From contig CALLML010000003.1 in the NCBI GenBank assembly GCA_938005705.1, positions 9,272 to 73,271 on the forward strand: a DNA stretch of 64,000 bases, given 5' to 3'. The notes under the pieces are model-generated. The model was not told the origin of the DNA and did no database searches. It worked only from the letters and a program-made list of their open reading frames with translations. The stretch is from an uncultured bacterium (GTDB lineage: Bacteria > Verrucomicrobiota > Kiritimatiellia > PWTM01). Shown here piece by piece: positions 21,808 through 31,894 of the stretch. Position numbers and translations under genes: made by a program. Every line of letters begins with the position of its first letter. The stretch's first letter is position 1.

Positions 21808-23026
21808 AGCGCAAGGCCCTCGCCGGATCGAGACGAGCGGCGCGAAGCGCCGGGATTAAACCCGCCAGCGTGCAGATGATCATCACTGACGCGGCAATCG
21901 CCCACAGGTCGGAGGTCTGGGTATACGACGGAATCTCGCTGAGGTGATACAATTCCGGCGGCAGCAGGTCCAATCCGAGCCGCGCCGAGAGAAAGCGCAT
22001 CAGGGTGTTGCGATACCGCAAGGTCCACAGGCCCGCCCCGATGCCCGCCGCCGTGCCGATCGCGCCGGCCAGCCATCCCTGCCACATGAACACCCGCATC
22101 ACCGCACCCGAGGAGAATCCGAGCGCCTTCAAAAGCCCGATTTCGCGCGTCTTTTGAACCGTCACCGTAATCAGAGTGTTCGTGATGCCGAACGCCGCCA
22201 CGATCGTGATGAAGATCAACAGAAAGAACATCATATTTTTTTCGACGCGGACGGCCGTGAAAATCTGGCGGTTCATGTCCATCCACGTCCGGACATCAGC
22301 GCCGGGTCCCAAGCACTCCGACAGCCTCCGGGCGATGGCAGCGGCGGCGAACGGATTGCGCGTCATCACCGCGAAACCGTGTACACCGCGCTCCAGTCCA
22401 AAGAGGTCACGCGCCTTAGGAATCGAACACAGCGCGTAGCCGGCATCGAAATCGAACATGCCCAGGTCAAAGATGCCGCGCACCACAAGCTCCTCCGGCA
22501 ATCGAATCTCCTGGGCCCGTAAAAAACTCTGAGGTGAATAAACCACCACGGCATCTCCGACGCGCACGCCCAGTCGCCGGGCCAGATCGCGACCAATGAC
22601 GAGTCCGTCGTCTTCCACGTCAAAATGGCCGACAGCGATGTGGTCGGGCACGCGGCTCACGGCCGGCTCGCGCGCGGGATCTACGCCGCGCAGAACAGGC
22701 GTGAACACCGCGGAATGATGGGTAATAAAGGCCAAGCCCTGGACAAACGGCGCGACCCCCGTGACGTCGGCATCCGCTTCAATACGCGCCATCCATTCTT
22801 CCGGCTCCGCCGCCGAAGCATCCACATACACCAACAGATGCGCATTGAAGGCGAGAATTTTCTCTCGCCACATGCGGTCGAATCCGCTCATGACCGAGAG
22901 GACAATCACCAGCACGGCCACGCCGATCAACACTCCCAGCACCGAAAGAATGGTCACTACTGAAAGGAACGAACGCTTCGGGCGCAAATATTTGAGGGCG
23001 AGAAAAAGAGAAAAAGGTAGGCTCAT
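21800..23026 (-). CDS. lolE: Lipoprotein-releasing ABC transporter permease LolC/E
   Basis: [55 protein letters not shown]. Confidence 0.88.
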   Translation of the reverse strand: MSLPFSLFLALKYLRPKRSFLSVVTILSVLGVLIGVAVLVIVLSVMSGFDRMWREKILAFNAHLLVYVDASAAEPEEWMARIEADADVTGVAPFVQGLAFITHHSAVFTPVLRGVDPAREPAVSRVPDHIAVGHFDVEDDGLVIGRDLARRLGVRVGDAVVVYSPQSFLRAQEIRLPEELVVRGIFDLGMFDFDAGYALCSIPKARDLFGLERGVHGFAVMTRNPFAAAAIARRLSECLGPGADVRTWMDMNRQIFTAVRVEKNMMFFLLIFITIVAAFGITNTLITVTVQKTREIGLLKALGFSSGAVMRVFMWQGWLAGAIGTAAGIGAGLWTLRYRNTLMRFLSARLGLDLLPPELYHLSEIPSYTQTSDLWAIAASVMIICTLAGLIPALRAARLDPARALRYE

Positions 23027-24501
23027 CCGCCCTTTTCCTTCATCTGGGGAAATAGGATGACGTCCCGGATCGAATCCGCGCCCGTCAGCAGCATCACGAG
23101 CCGGTCCACCCCCAGCCCCATCCCGCCGGCCGGCGGCATGCCGTGTTCCAACGCTAGCAGAAAATCTTCATCCACTTTGGAAGCATCGCCGTCTGCTTGC
23201 GCCTCGAAGCGTCGGCGCTGCTCCAAAGGATCATTCAGCTCGGAGTATCCTGGGGCAATTTCGCGACCGTCGATGACCAACTCGAACACATCCACGACAT
23301 TCGGATCATCATCGCAGCGCCGTGCCAGTGGAATGAGAACAGACGGCAAACGGGTAACGAAGGTCGGAGTGCGGAGTGTTTTTTCAACCAGTTTTTCGTA
23401 AATCTCATGCGTGATGGCAGATTTGTCCCAATCCTCAGGGATATCCAGTCCCATGCCCTGAGCCCGAAGGCGGGCGGCCGCGACCTCGAGGGTATCCCAA
23501 TCGGCACCGGCGACCTCGCGGATCAAGTCCGCATACGGAACCTCGCGCCACGGCGGCGTCAAATCAATCGGGCGCTCTGGAGGCCCCACGGTCCACCCGC
23601 CGACAACACATTGCGCTACGTGCAGAATCAACTCCTGTACGAGGACCTGGACTGTGCGCAGATCGCCATAGGCCGCATAGACCTCAAGCATCGTGAATTC
23701 GGGATTATGCGAGCGGTCGAGGCCTTCATTACGAAAATTCCGATTCAACTCGTAAACGCGATCGAACCCGCCTACCAGTAGACGCTTGAGGTACAGCTCT
23801 GGGGCAATGCGCAGAAACATGCGGGCGTTCAGGGCATTATAGTAGGTTTCAAACGGTCGCGCGGCCGCTCCGCCCGCCAAAGGCTGGATCATCGGCGTTT
23901 CGACCTCAAGAAAACCGCGGCCGTCCAGAAAAGCCCGGATTTCACGCAGAATCGCGGCTCGTTTAACAAACCGTTCCACCACGTCGGGATTCGCCATCAG
24001 GTCAAGGTACCGACGGCGATACCGTGTTTCGACATCCTGAAGCCCGTGCCATTTTTCCGGCGGAATGCGCAAGGATTTAGCCAGCAGCGTCCATGAACGC
24101 ACCTGGATCGTCGGTTCTCCGGTTCGCGTTTTGAAAAGGACACCCTCGGCGCCAATCTGATCGCCCAGATCCACGAATCGAAATGATTCGTACGCTTCAT
24201 CGCCCAGGATATCCTTTTTCAGATAGATCTGAAATTTTCCCGATCCATCTTGCAAGTGCGCGAAGAGGCTCTTACCCATGTGGCGAATGGCCATAACTCG
24301 GCCCGCGGCGCGCACCTCACGCCCTTCCACAAAATCGGCGTGAATTTCCGCGAGGCGAGCCGTTCGCGGATAAGCGCCACCGTAACCACGGTAGCCCCGT
24401 TTTTCGAGTTCGGCCAGATTTGCGAGACGTTGCCGCCGATACTCGTTGTCTTCGATCACAGAGGTTTCAACGGATTGTTCAGACATCTTCGGTTGGTCCA
24501 T
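23023..24501 (-). CDS. lysS: Lysine--tRNA ligase (class II)
   Basis: RYRRRYLDL, EVETPM, GGAAARPF, LRIAPELYLKRL, FRNEG, HNPEFTMLE, GMPPAGGMGLGVDRL. Confidence 0.98.
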   Translation of the reverse strand: MDQPKMSEQSVETSVIEDNEYRRQRLANLAELEKRGYRGYGGAYPRTARLAEIHADFVEGREVRAAGRVMAIRHMGKSLFAHLQDGSGKFQIYLKKDILGDEAYESFRFVDLGDQIGAEGVLFKTRTGEPTIQVRSWTLLAKSLRIPPEKWHGLQDVETRYRRRYLDLMANPDVVERFVKRAAILREIRAFLDGRGFLEVETPMIQPLAGGAAARPFETYYNALNARMFLRIAPELYLKRLLVGGFDRVYELNRNFRNEGLDRSHNPEFTMLEVYAAYGDLRTVQVLVQELILHVAQCVVGGWTVGPPERPIDLTPPWREVPYADLIREVAGADWDTLEVAAARLRAQGMGLDIPEDWDKSAITHEIYEKLVEKTLRTPTFVTRLPSVLIPLARRCDDDPNVVDVFELVIDGREIAPGYSELNDPLEQRRRFEAQADGDASKVDEDFLLALEHGMPPAGGMGLGVDRLVMLLTGADSIRDVILFPQMKEKGG

Positions 24502-25524
24502 AATCTCGCGACACTAATGGCGCCCGCCGGCCACGTCAAGGGGGAGCGAGCCGATGGTGCTGCGGAGAATGAGCGGCAAATAAAGGTGTCGGCGAATGGA
24601 GGCAAAAATCGTTTACCCTACGACCCTGCACCATTCGCTGATTTTTCGCCGCATCACCGGCGCAAAACGACGAAAAGTCAGCAGATCATGCCCCCTCTGT
24701 CTACCCGCCGCCTTTTTCGCGGTGTGAAAGAAGGCGGCCTGTACGGGGTAGACCAGCTTGTTCGGCGACCCCGGCGCAGGGCCCTTGGATGCAAGCCGTT
24801 TTCCCTTCCTCTGCGAATGGCCGCCTTCCAAGCTTCCCCTGCAGCGTGGCCGGCTTGACGGAGGCCTATACCCGCTTTTCCAAACGGCGGAAAAATGCAA
24901 ACGGACAGACAAAACCGGGAGTGTGGCGATACAGGTATGGACGGGCTCGAGAATGGCCTCTGGGTTGACCCCGCCACTGTGTCCCGCGCGACGTTGGACG
25001 CATAATAAAGTGGCCCACAACGTTGAGCTGTTGTAGTTACAAATGTCGCATTTGGACAGAGCGGATGTATCTCGCCTATTATGGACACGACGAGACCGGC
25101 ACGGGATCGTTTTGATACAAGTCCGGCGAGGTCATTGCATCGTTGGATGGGGACGGAGAAAACGGCGAACGGCGTTCGGCCCCTCTGTGGCGGCAGCCGC
25201 TGGTGACCCCCAAAAAGCACCGTGACGGCGGATGCCGGCCGCCGAAAAACCGCGATCCTCGGTTGTGGCTACAACCTGAAGTTGCACCGACGAAAAGGTC
25301 GATCCCATATACTGTCCAGCTGTTTTTTTCATTGATGGTTTGCGTTATCGCCTGTAAAATGATTCGTGATCTGATCCCATGGTCCTAAGCTCGAGTACTT
25401 TCCCATTAGTTACCGAAAAAAGCGCCTATTCAATCTTGCCAGCATCGAGACGGCGAAGTTTAATGCGGTTTTCATTGAAGGGCAAACGTCTCATCCGCAA
25501 TAACCGCGCGGAGCAGTTTATGAG

Positions 25525-25615
25525 GGAGAGGTGCCAGAGTGGTTGATTGGGCACGCCTGGAGAGCGTGTGACCTCCAAAAGGGGTCCGAGGGTTCGAATC
25601 CCTCCCTCTCCGCCA
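25525..25615 (+). tRNA. tRNA-Ser (GGA)
   Basis: GGAGAGGTGCCAGAGTGG..CACGC-CTGGAGA-GCGTG, long variable arm, GGTTCGAATCC, CCA. Confidence 0.96.
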
Positions 25616-25736
25616 GTTTTTGCTGGGCAGTTCGCGAGAGAGGGCGGGCGGCGTCCGGCGAATTTGGGAGCAAAGCAATCGGAGAAAACGGGGCTTAAGG
25701 GACGTCGCACGGTGCCCGAATGATGTCAGGTCGTTC

Positions 25737-26603
25737 TCATTCACCGCACGGACGAGGAGGACGGAGCCTCGGCAAAACATGCTCGGCTGGTTCCTCATCC
25801 TTTTCAACGATAGCGCGGATAACTTCTCCGGCGGCGATGAGGCCGAATATGCCGGTTACAAATGAAACGCTTCCCAAGGGGGGGCGTACGCGTCCACGGC
25901 GAAATTCCGCATGGTCTCCTGCCCTTACCATCGTGCGCAAAGCCGACGGGGGATGTTCCAGCGAATAAACACAGCGAATGCCTTGCCGAATACCCCGGCG
26001 CGCGAGTCGCTTACGCAAGAGGCGCGCCAAGGGGCATTCGCGCGTTTCAGAGATATCGCCCACCCGTATGGCGAAAGGGTCTAAACGGGTTGCGGCGCCC
26101 ATGCTCGACACGGTGAATACCCCCGCCCTCACGGAGGCCGTCAGTAGATGAATTTTCGGCGAAAGGCTGTCAATCGCATCCACCAGCGCGTCCGGACAAT
26201 CCGCCACAAGGTCGCCGGCATTTTCGAGTCCCAAAAAGATCGGTTGCGTCTCCACTTCGATGTCGGGGTTGATGTCTCGAACGCGCTCTGCGGCGACATC
26301 CGCTTTGAGGCGTCCGACCGTGGATTCGAGGGCATACAGCTGACGGTTGATGTTGGAAGGTCGAACGCGGTCGAAATCCACAAGCCGAAGACGCCCAATA
26401 CCCGCGCGCGCCAAGGCTTCCGTCGCATAAGACCCCACGGCCCCGAGACCGGCGACAACGACAAAAGCCTTACGAAGGCGGGATAGGGCGGAAGCGCCCA
26501 ACAGGAGTTCTGTGCGAGAGAATCGTTCATCTGCGGCGCTGACAAAAGAAGCCGTGTCGTCCTTGCTCTGGGACATTGGAGAATCGTGATCGCCATCATC
26601 CAT
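25737..26603 (-). CDS. tcdA: tRNA threonylcarbamoyladenosine dehydratase (ThiF/TcdA family)
   Basis: RFSRTELLLG, GLGAVGS..EALARAGIG, SNINRQ, DAID, SSMGA, CPLAR, CVYS.E; exact start uncertain. Confidence 0.87.
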   Translation of the reverse strand: MDDGDHDSPMSQSKDDTASFVSAADERFSRTELLLGASALSRLRKAFVVVAGLGAVGSYATEALARAGIGRLRLVDFDRVRPSNINRQLYALESTVGRLKADVAAERVRDINPDIEVETQPIFLGLENAGDLVADCPDALVDAIDSLSPKIHLLTASVRAGVFTVSSMGAATRLDPFAIRVGDISETRECPLARLLRKRLARRGIRQGIRCVYSLEHPPSALRTMVRAGDHAEFRRGRVRPPLGSVSFVTGIFGLIAAGEVIRAIVEKDEEPAEHVLPRLRPPRPCGE

Positions 26604-27384
26604 AGGCGGGTTCTCCGAATACGCGGATCGCATTCTCATATGTCACCCGTCGCACTTCATCTTCCTTCCGCTGAAGGATATCCGCGATCGCACGGATGAT
26701 TCGCGGCAGATGAGCCGGTTCGCTCAAAGGGCGTGAGCCATCCATGGGAGGGGGGAGACCCGCGGCGGGAATGTCCGGTGCGTCCGTTTCGACTAGCAGC
26801 CGATCGAGAGGCACCGCGACCACAGCGCGGCGCCCTCGGAGGTTCCGCTCCCACGTAATCGATCCGGAAAAAGAAAAATAGGCGCCAGCGTCGATAAGTT
26901 CCTTCATTAAATCCGGAGGACCAGAATAGGAATGCAGCACCACTCCCGCCGGAAAAGGACCTTCCTGTTTGAGAAAGTGTGCGAGCCGACCCCATGCTTG
27001 GCGGGCGTGAAGACTGGCCGGACGATTCTGGCTACGGGCCAAGCGCAATTGCGTTAGAAAGATCTCTTCCATTTCGTCGGCATCTGCTTTTCTTTCGCCG
27101 CACAGTCCGATTTCGCCCACAGCCGCGGTTGCATCAGCCTGGATTCGTTCGACGAGACGCTTTTCCCATTCGTTCGACCTTCCGGCGAGATACCAGGGAT
27201 GCAATCCATACGCCGGTTGAATGAAGTCAGAATGCGCCGTCGCCAATTCAGCGACGCGAGGCCAATCTTTTTCGGAAATACCACAGCAAAGCACCCGCCT
27301 CACGCCACTTATCCGCGCGCGTTCAATGAGTGAGTCAAGATCGCATATGCGCGCGTCCTGCAAATGGGCATGCGTGTCAAACAT
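26596..27384 (-). CDS. tatD: TatD family metal-dependent nuclease
   Basis: FDTHAHL, YGLHPW, VGEIGL, LHAR, LHSYSG, LLVETDAPD. Confidence 0.92.
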   Translation of the reverse strand: MFDTHAHLQDARICDLDSLIERARISGVRRVLCCGISEKDWPRVAELATAHSDFIQPAYGLHPWYLAGRSNEWEKRLVERIQADATAAVGEIGLCGERKADADEMEEIFLTQLRLARSQNRPASLHARQAWGRLAHFLKQEGPFPAGVVLHSYSGPPDLMKELIDAGAYFSFSGSITWERNLRGRRAVVAVPLDRLLVETDAPDIPAAGLPPPMDGSRPLSEPAHLPRIIRAIADILQRKEDEVRRVTYENAIRVFGEPAYG

Positions 27385-27670
27385 ATCACGACACTCTCGA
27401 TCCCGATACTATCCGAAACGGTTGTCCGTGAATAGCGACACCCCCGCGGCTGGACGCCAATTGGAAGCCAGGGCAAGTTTCCGGAGCGCGAGGTGGTGGA
27501 GGACGAAACAAAACGCCGCCCGGAACCGCTGTACAGGCTAAACCAAAAAAACCTGATGCGGTTAAAGAACCCCGCCTCCGTCGTCCACGTGAAGAACAAA
27601 AACCGTGAAAAACATTCGTCCACTCTTGGCCTCGCGCCCTTCCCAACGGGGGACATCGGCGGCGCGTGAC

Positions 27671-27747
27671 TGGCGGGGACGACGGGACTCGAACCCGCAA
27701 CACCCAGATCGACAATCTGGTACTCTAACCAATTGAGCTACGTCCCC
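27671..27747 (-). tRNA. tRNA-Asp (GTC)
   Basis: Reverse strand GGGGACGTAGCTCAATTGGTTAGAG..CCAGA-TTGTCGA-TCTGG..GGTTCGAGTCCCGTCGTCCCCGCCA. Confidence 0.95.
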
Positions 27748-27808
27748 TGCTGCACGGAAGATTGAGAGGGCATCCTAGCGAGAAACATGCAATTTGCAAG
27801 CTTCTTTG

Positions 27809-30800
27809 TCAGGCTGGGGCGGCCTGCGACTCGCGGGGTGTTCCATCGGCCACCCATGTTTCGGGCCGGCCTTCGGCGTTGAATCGGACTGATACGATTT
27901 TCGAAATGCCTTGCTTCTCCATCGTCACTCCGAACAGCCGATTGGCGGCCGATATGGTCTGACGGTTGTGCGTGATGATGATAAATTGCGACTGGCCCAC
28001 AAAATCCTGCACCACACGGACGAAGCGGCCAATGTTTGCGTCATCCAGCGCCGCGTCCAGCTCGTCTAGCAGACAGAAGGGACTAGGCTTGACAAGATAG
28101 AGCGCAAAGAGGAGCGCGACCGCCGTCATCGTCCGCTCGCCACCGGACAGCAACGATACCGATTGCAGCTTCTTGCCAGGCGGACGTGCAATGATTTCGA
28201 TGCCGCATTCAAGGACATCCTCTTCGTCCACCAGCACGAGTTTTGCCGAGCCGCCCCCGAAAAGCTTTTCAAACATGATCCGGAAATTTTCATTCACCTT
28301 GTCGAAGGTTTCACGAAACATAGCGGTGGTGGTCTGGTTGATCCGTCGGATCATGTCAAGCAACTGCTGTTTGGCCTTCAGGAGATCGTCCTGTTGTTGC
28401 GTGAGAAAGGCATGGCGTTTTTCGAGGTTTTCATATTCCTCAATGGCAATGAGGTTGACCGCTCCAAGCGATTCGAGTTTCGCACGCAATTCGGCCGCCA
28501 GCGCATCGCGGGCTTCACGGTCGGGCGGCATGCCGCCGAACTCCTCCCATTGCGGCTCCTCTGCGCGTGCGATGTCTTCCACCGAAACCCTATGATCGGC
28601 CCCGACGCGTTCAATCAGCGCCTGGCGACGGGTCGTCACCTCGGCGTACTCGACATCCAACTGATTTCGCTCGCGACGTGTGGCATCGAGGGCCACCCGT
28701 TGTTGACGCGCCGCATGTTCCATCGCGGCCATAGCGGTCATTCGGGATTCCCGGTTCTGGCGAGCGTTTTCCAGGTCCGCTTCCGCTCGGGCGACATTAT
28801 CTTCGTAGCCGCTCATGCGTTCGCGCACCTCCGCGATTGATGCTTCAAGCTCGGCCACACGCCGATCGTGGACCTCCGCCGCCGCCGCGCGCTGGCGCGC
28901 GGCGGCTTCGAGCTCCTCTATGCGTTGGCGTTGGGACTCCCGGCGCTGAGTCAATTGTTCGACGGCGGCGCGGCGATCGTTCCATTCCATCCGCGCGTCC
29001 GTGGCCGCGCTCAACGCCCGACTCCGCTCATGTTCCATTTCCCGCAGCGTTTCGGCGGCCTCCCGCTGTTCCATCCGTAGGGCTTCGATCCGTCGGCGCG
29101 CGTCCTCGATATCGTTCTGGATCTGCGCACGAAGATCGTCATCGGTTGTCTCGTCACGCCCCAATGCCTCAATTTCGAACACCACCGTGTCGAATCGCTG
29201 CTTCAACTTTTGGGCTTCCTGTTCCAAGGCGTGCCGTTCTCCCTCAGCCAGGGCCAGCCGTCGTCGGACCTCCGCCGTCGTATTTCGTGCCTGCGCCACC
29301 TTTTCGGAGGCCACAGCTTCCTCCGCGCGACCCTTTTGAAGTTCCCGCTCACAGACCGAAATTTCCTGGTCCAAGCATTCGCGGCGCCCCTGCCATTCCG
29401 ACAGCAGGTGGTGACGCTCCAAGGGATGGGGCGCCCCGTTTTCCGCCATCCAGAATTCGGCGGGTCCGTCGCCCCGATACACAGCACCACCCCGGGTGAT
29501 CAGGGTGATGCCGGGGGGCAACTCAGCCGGTATCTCCGCGGCCGACGCCACAACACGCACGCCTGAAAGGAGACGAGACAGTAGCGGGCGGATCTCCTCG
29601 TCCGTTTGAATATGATGCAGAAGTAGTTCGCCCGGCCCCTCCGCCGCCGAGACCGACGGGCCTTTGACGGGCAGTAGCCGCACGGCGCCCGCTCGCTTCT
29701 CTTCCAAGGCCCCAAGCAGATCGCGGACGGCCTTGGTATCTGAAACCAAGAGCCCATCGAGCCAGGGCCGAAGCGCCGCTTCGACCGCGATCCGGTATTC
29801 CGTCTCGACCTGTAATCGGGCGGCGAGCGCGCCCAACAACGACCCCTCCGCCGGGGAACCGGCGCCCAGCAGCCAGCGCGCGCCTTCCGAATACCCCTCC
29901 GCTTTTTTCTCCTGACGCTCCAGCATTTCGATTCGAGCGACCAGTGCCGACCATTCCGCGCGCAGGTCGGCCTGTCGTCGAGCCAGATCGTCTGCCCGCT
30001 GGGAGGCCGCCGTCTTTTGTTCGCTCGCCGCCGATTCTCGTTCGCTCGCTGCCATCGCCTCGGCCTGAAGAGCATTGATGCGCCGCGCCAGCCCCGCTTC
30101 GCGCCCTTCCAACTGTTCCTGCGCACGTTGCAGATCCGCCTTTTCCGCATTCAGTTTCTCACGGCGAATCAGGGCCGTCCGCACTCGGGCCTCGATATCC
30201 GAAAGCTCCGCCTGCCGTCGTGAAATGCACTGTTCGAGACTCAGCATCTCGTCTCGCAAGTCCTGAACTCGGCGCTGGGCGGACTCGATCCGCTGTTCGA
30301 CATCCTTCATCCGGGCGGACGTTTCTTTCCATCGTATTTCGGACGCAGCACGTGCCGCAACGGCCGCTTCCATCGCGCCATCATCGGTCTCCACCATCCG
30401 GCGCAACGCTTCCGCCTGGGCATGAAAGGATTCAGCTTCGTTTCGGTCGCGCGCGGCGATCCCCCTCAACTCGCGGATGCGTTCTTCATTGACGGCGATC
30501 GAGTCGTGCGCATGGTCTTTTTCGGCCCGGGCACATACGACTCTTTCACGAAGGGTCTCGAGTTGGCGTTCAAACGATTCCATTTCCACACGGGCGGCGT
30601 CGAGCCGTTGTTCGGAATCGCGCAAAGCCGCTTCCTCCGCTTCTTCGCGTTCGCGCAAGGAAGCCCGACGAAGATCGAGGGTGCGAATCTGATCATCGAA
30701 GGCGATCAGCCGCTGGCGTGCCAGATAGAGTTCGACGGCGCGGACCTGTCTCTGCAACGCCTGGTAGCGGCGCGCCTTGCCTGCCTGGCGCTGGAGAGAA

Positions 30801-31408
30801 ATAATCTGACGTTTGATTTCGCGAATAAGATCGCCCAGCCGCAGAAGATTCGCCTCGGTATGTTCGAGTTTGCGCAGTGCCTCTTTTTTGTCCGTCTTGA
30901 ACTTGGTAATGCCGCTGGCCTCTTCGAAAACGGATCGGCGATCTTCCGGACGCGAACTCAACACGCGGTCAATACGCCCTTGTTCCATCAGCGAATAGGA
31001 GTTCGTGCCGATGCCCGTGTCCATGAACAGCCGCTGAATGTCCTTCAGCCGGCAGGGCGTCTTGTTGATTAAATACTCGCTTTCGCCGGAACGAAACACG
31101 CGGCGAGTCACGGTGACTTCATGGTAGTCCAGGCCGAGGACGGACTCGCACTCGGCCAGCGTCAGGCTTACTTCAGCCATTCCCAAGGCCGGATGTGATT
31201 CAGTCCCGTTGAAAATGCAATCTTCCATCTTCGCGCCGCGGAGGGCGCGTGCGTTTTGTTCGCCGAGCACCCAGCGAACCGCGTCAGCGATGTTGCTCTT
31301 GCCGCAACCATTCGGGCCCACAATAGCCATGATACCCGGCCCAAACTCGAGTTTTATAGGGTGGGCAAAACTCTTGAACCCCACCATTTCCAGTTGTTTG
31401 AGGTACAA
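27809..31408 (-). CDS. smc: Chromosome segregation protein SMC
   Basis: GFKSF, IVGPNGCGKSN Walker A, long coiled coils with hinge, LSGGE signature, LLDELDAALD, ITHN. Confidence 0.97.
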   Translation of the reverse strand: MYLKQLEMVGFKSFAHPIKLEFGPGIMAIVGPNGCGKSNIADAVRWVLGEQNARALRGAKMEDCIFNGTESHPALGMAEVSLTLAECESVLGLDYHEVTVTRRVFRSGESEYLINKTPCRLKDIQRLFMDTGIGTNSYSLMEQGRIDRVLSSRPEDRRSVFEEASGITKFKTDKKEALRKLEHTEANLLRLGDLIREIKRQIISLQRQAGKARRYQALQRQVRAVELYLARQRLIAFDDQIRTLDLRRASLREREEAEEAALRDSEQRLDAARVEMESFERQLETLRERVVCARAEKDHAHDSIAVNEERIRELRGIAARDRNEAESFHAQAEALRRMVETDDGAMEAAVAARAASEIRWKETSARMKDVEQRIESAQRRVQDLRDEMLSLEQCISRRQAELSDIEARVRTALIRREKLNAEKADLQRAQEQLEGREAGLARRINALQAEAMAASERESAASEQKTAASQRADDLARRQADLRAEWSALVARIEMLERQEKKAEGYSEGARWLLGAGSPAEGSLLGALAARLQVETEYRIAVEAALRPWLDGLLVSDTKAVRDLLGALEEKRAGAVRLLPVKGPSVSAAEGPGELLLHHIQTDEEIRPLLSRLLSGVRVVASAAEIPAELPPGITLITRGGAVYRGDGPAEFWMAENGAPHPLERHHLLSEWQGRRECLDQEISVCERELQKGRAEEAVASEKVAQARNTTAEVRRRLALAEGERHALEQEAQKLKQRFDTVVFEIEALGRDETTDDDLRAQIQNDIEDARRRIEALRMEQREAAETLREMEHERSRALSAATDARMEWNDRRAAVEQLTQRRESQRQRIEELEAAARQRAAAAEVHDRRVAELEASIAEVRERMSGYEDNVARAEADLENARQNRESRMTAMAAMEHAARQQRVALDATRRERNQLDVEYAEVTTRRQALIERVGADHRVSVEDIARAEEPQWEEFGGMPPDREARDALAAELRAKLESLGAVNLIAIEEYENLEKRHAFLTQQQDDLLKAKQQLLDMIRRINQTTTAMFRETFDKVNENFRIMFEKLFGGGSAKLVLVDEEDVLECGIEIIARPPGKKLQSVSLLSGGERTMTAVALLFALYLVKPSPFCLLDELDAALDDANIGRFVRVVQDFVGQSQFIIITHNRQTISAANRLFGVTMEKQGISKIVSVRFNAEGRPETWVADGTPRESQAAPA

Positions 31409-31479
31409 GGCCGTCTATCCTTTCCGCTCTGCCAACGGAATCGAAAGAAAACTTTCTTACCGGTCCAAATCATCTTTTA

Positions 31480-31526
31480 ACACAATATCAGGGGGGCGAA
31501 CGATATGCAATGCGGATATATAGGGG
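31480..31526. promoter_or_regulatory. Putative tandem NrdR boxes upstream of smc
   Basis: ACACAATATCAGGGGG (31480-31495) and TGCGGATATATAGGGG (31511-31526), 31 bp apart; resemble the NrdR consensus acaCwAtATaTwGtgt. Confidence 0.55.
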
Positions 31527-31603
31527 TATTTTGTAGGGGGCCGCTGTCCTTGAGCGGCGGGTGTCAGAGTGTGCGCTCCAAGGACGGTTTAACGTCTTAA
31601 TTT

Positions 31604-31710
31604 GACCGCGAATGCCGCGGCGCGGATAGGTGGTGTTTCATTTCGTTGCATTTCCGAGCCTTTCGTAGTTGATTCTCTCCGCATTGATCCAAATCATTTG
31701 TGGTTCATTC
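31604..31710. repeat. Dispersed intergenic repeat, copy B
   Basis: Same ordered blocks as 7819-7945, ending in the identical TCATTTGTGGTTCATTC (31694-31710). Confidence 0.55.
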
Positions 31711-31894
31711 ATTTTTCGCAGATTATTGTTCTGTAATGTTCATGGGGATAATATGGAGGCGTTGTAGCGTCACGGCCTCAGCAAGTCTTGTATCATTCGG
31801 GCGTGGAACGCGAGCTTGCTCACGCCGTGGGAAATGAGATCGAGAACTTCAGTAGATGGGTTCGAGGTTCCCATTTTGAAGAGGAGGGCAAAAT

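Noticed and set aside
24969-25100. Cobalamin riboswitch-like fragments CCCCGCCACTGT and GAGACCGGC
   Set aside because: The upstream GGGAA..GGTG.AA.TCC core is missing and no B12-related gene follows; an Rfam scan would settle it
31448-31459. 12-mer AAAACTTTCTTA found upstream of both smc and etfB (38162-38173)
   Set aside because: A single 12-nt match is compatible with chance or a generic promoter element
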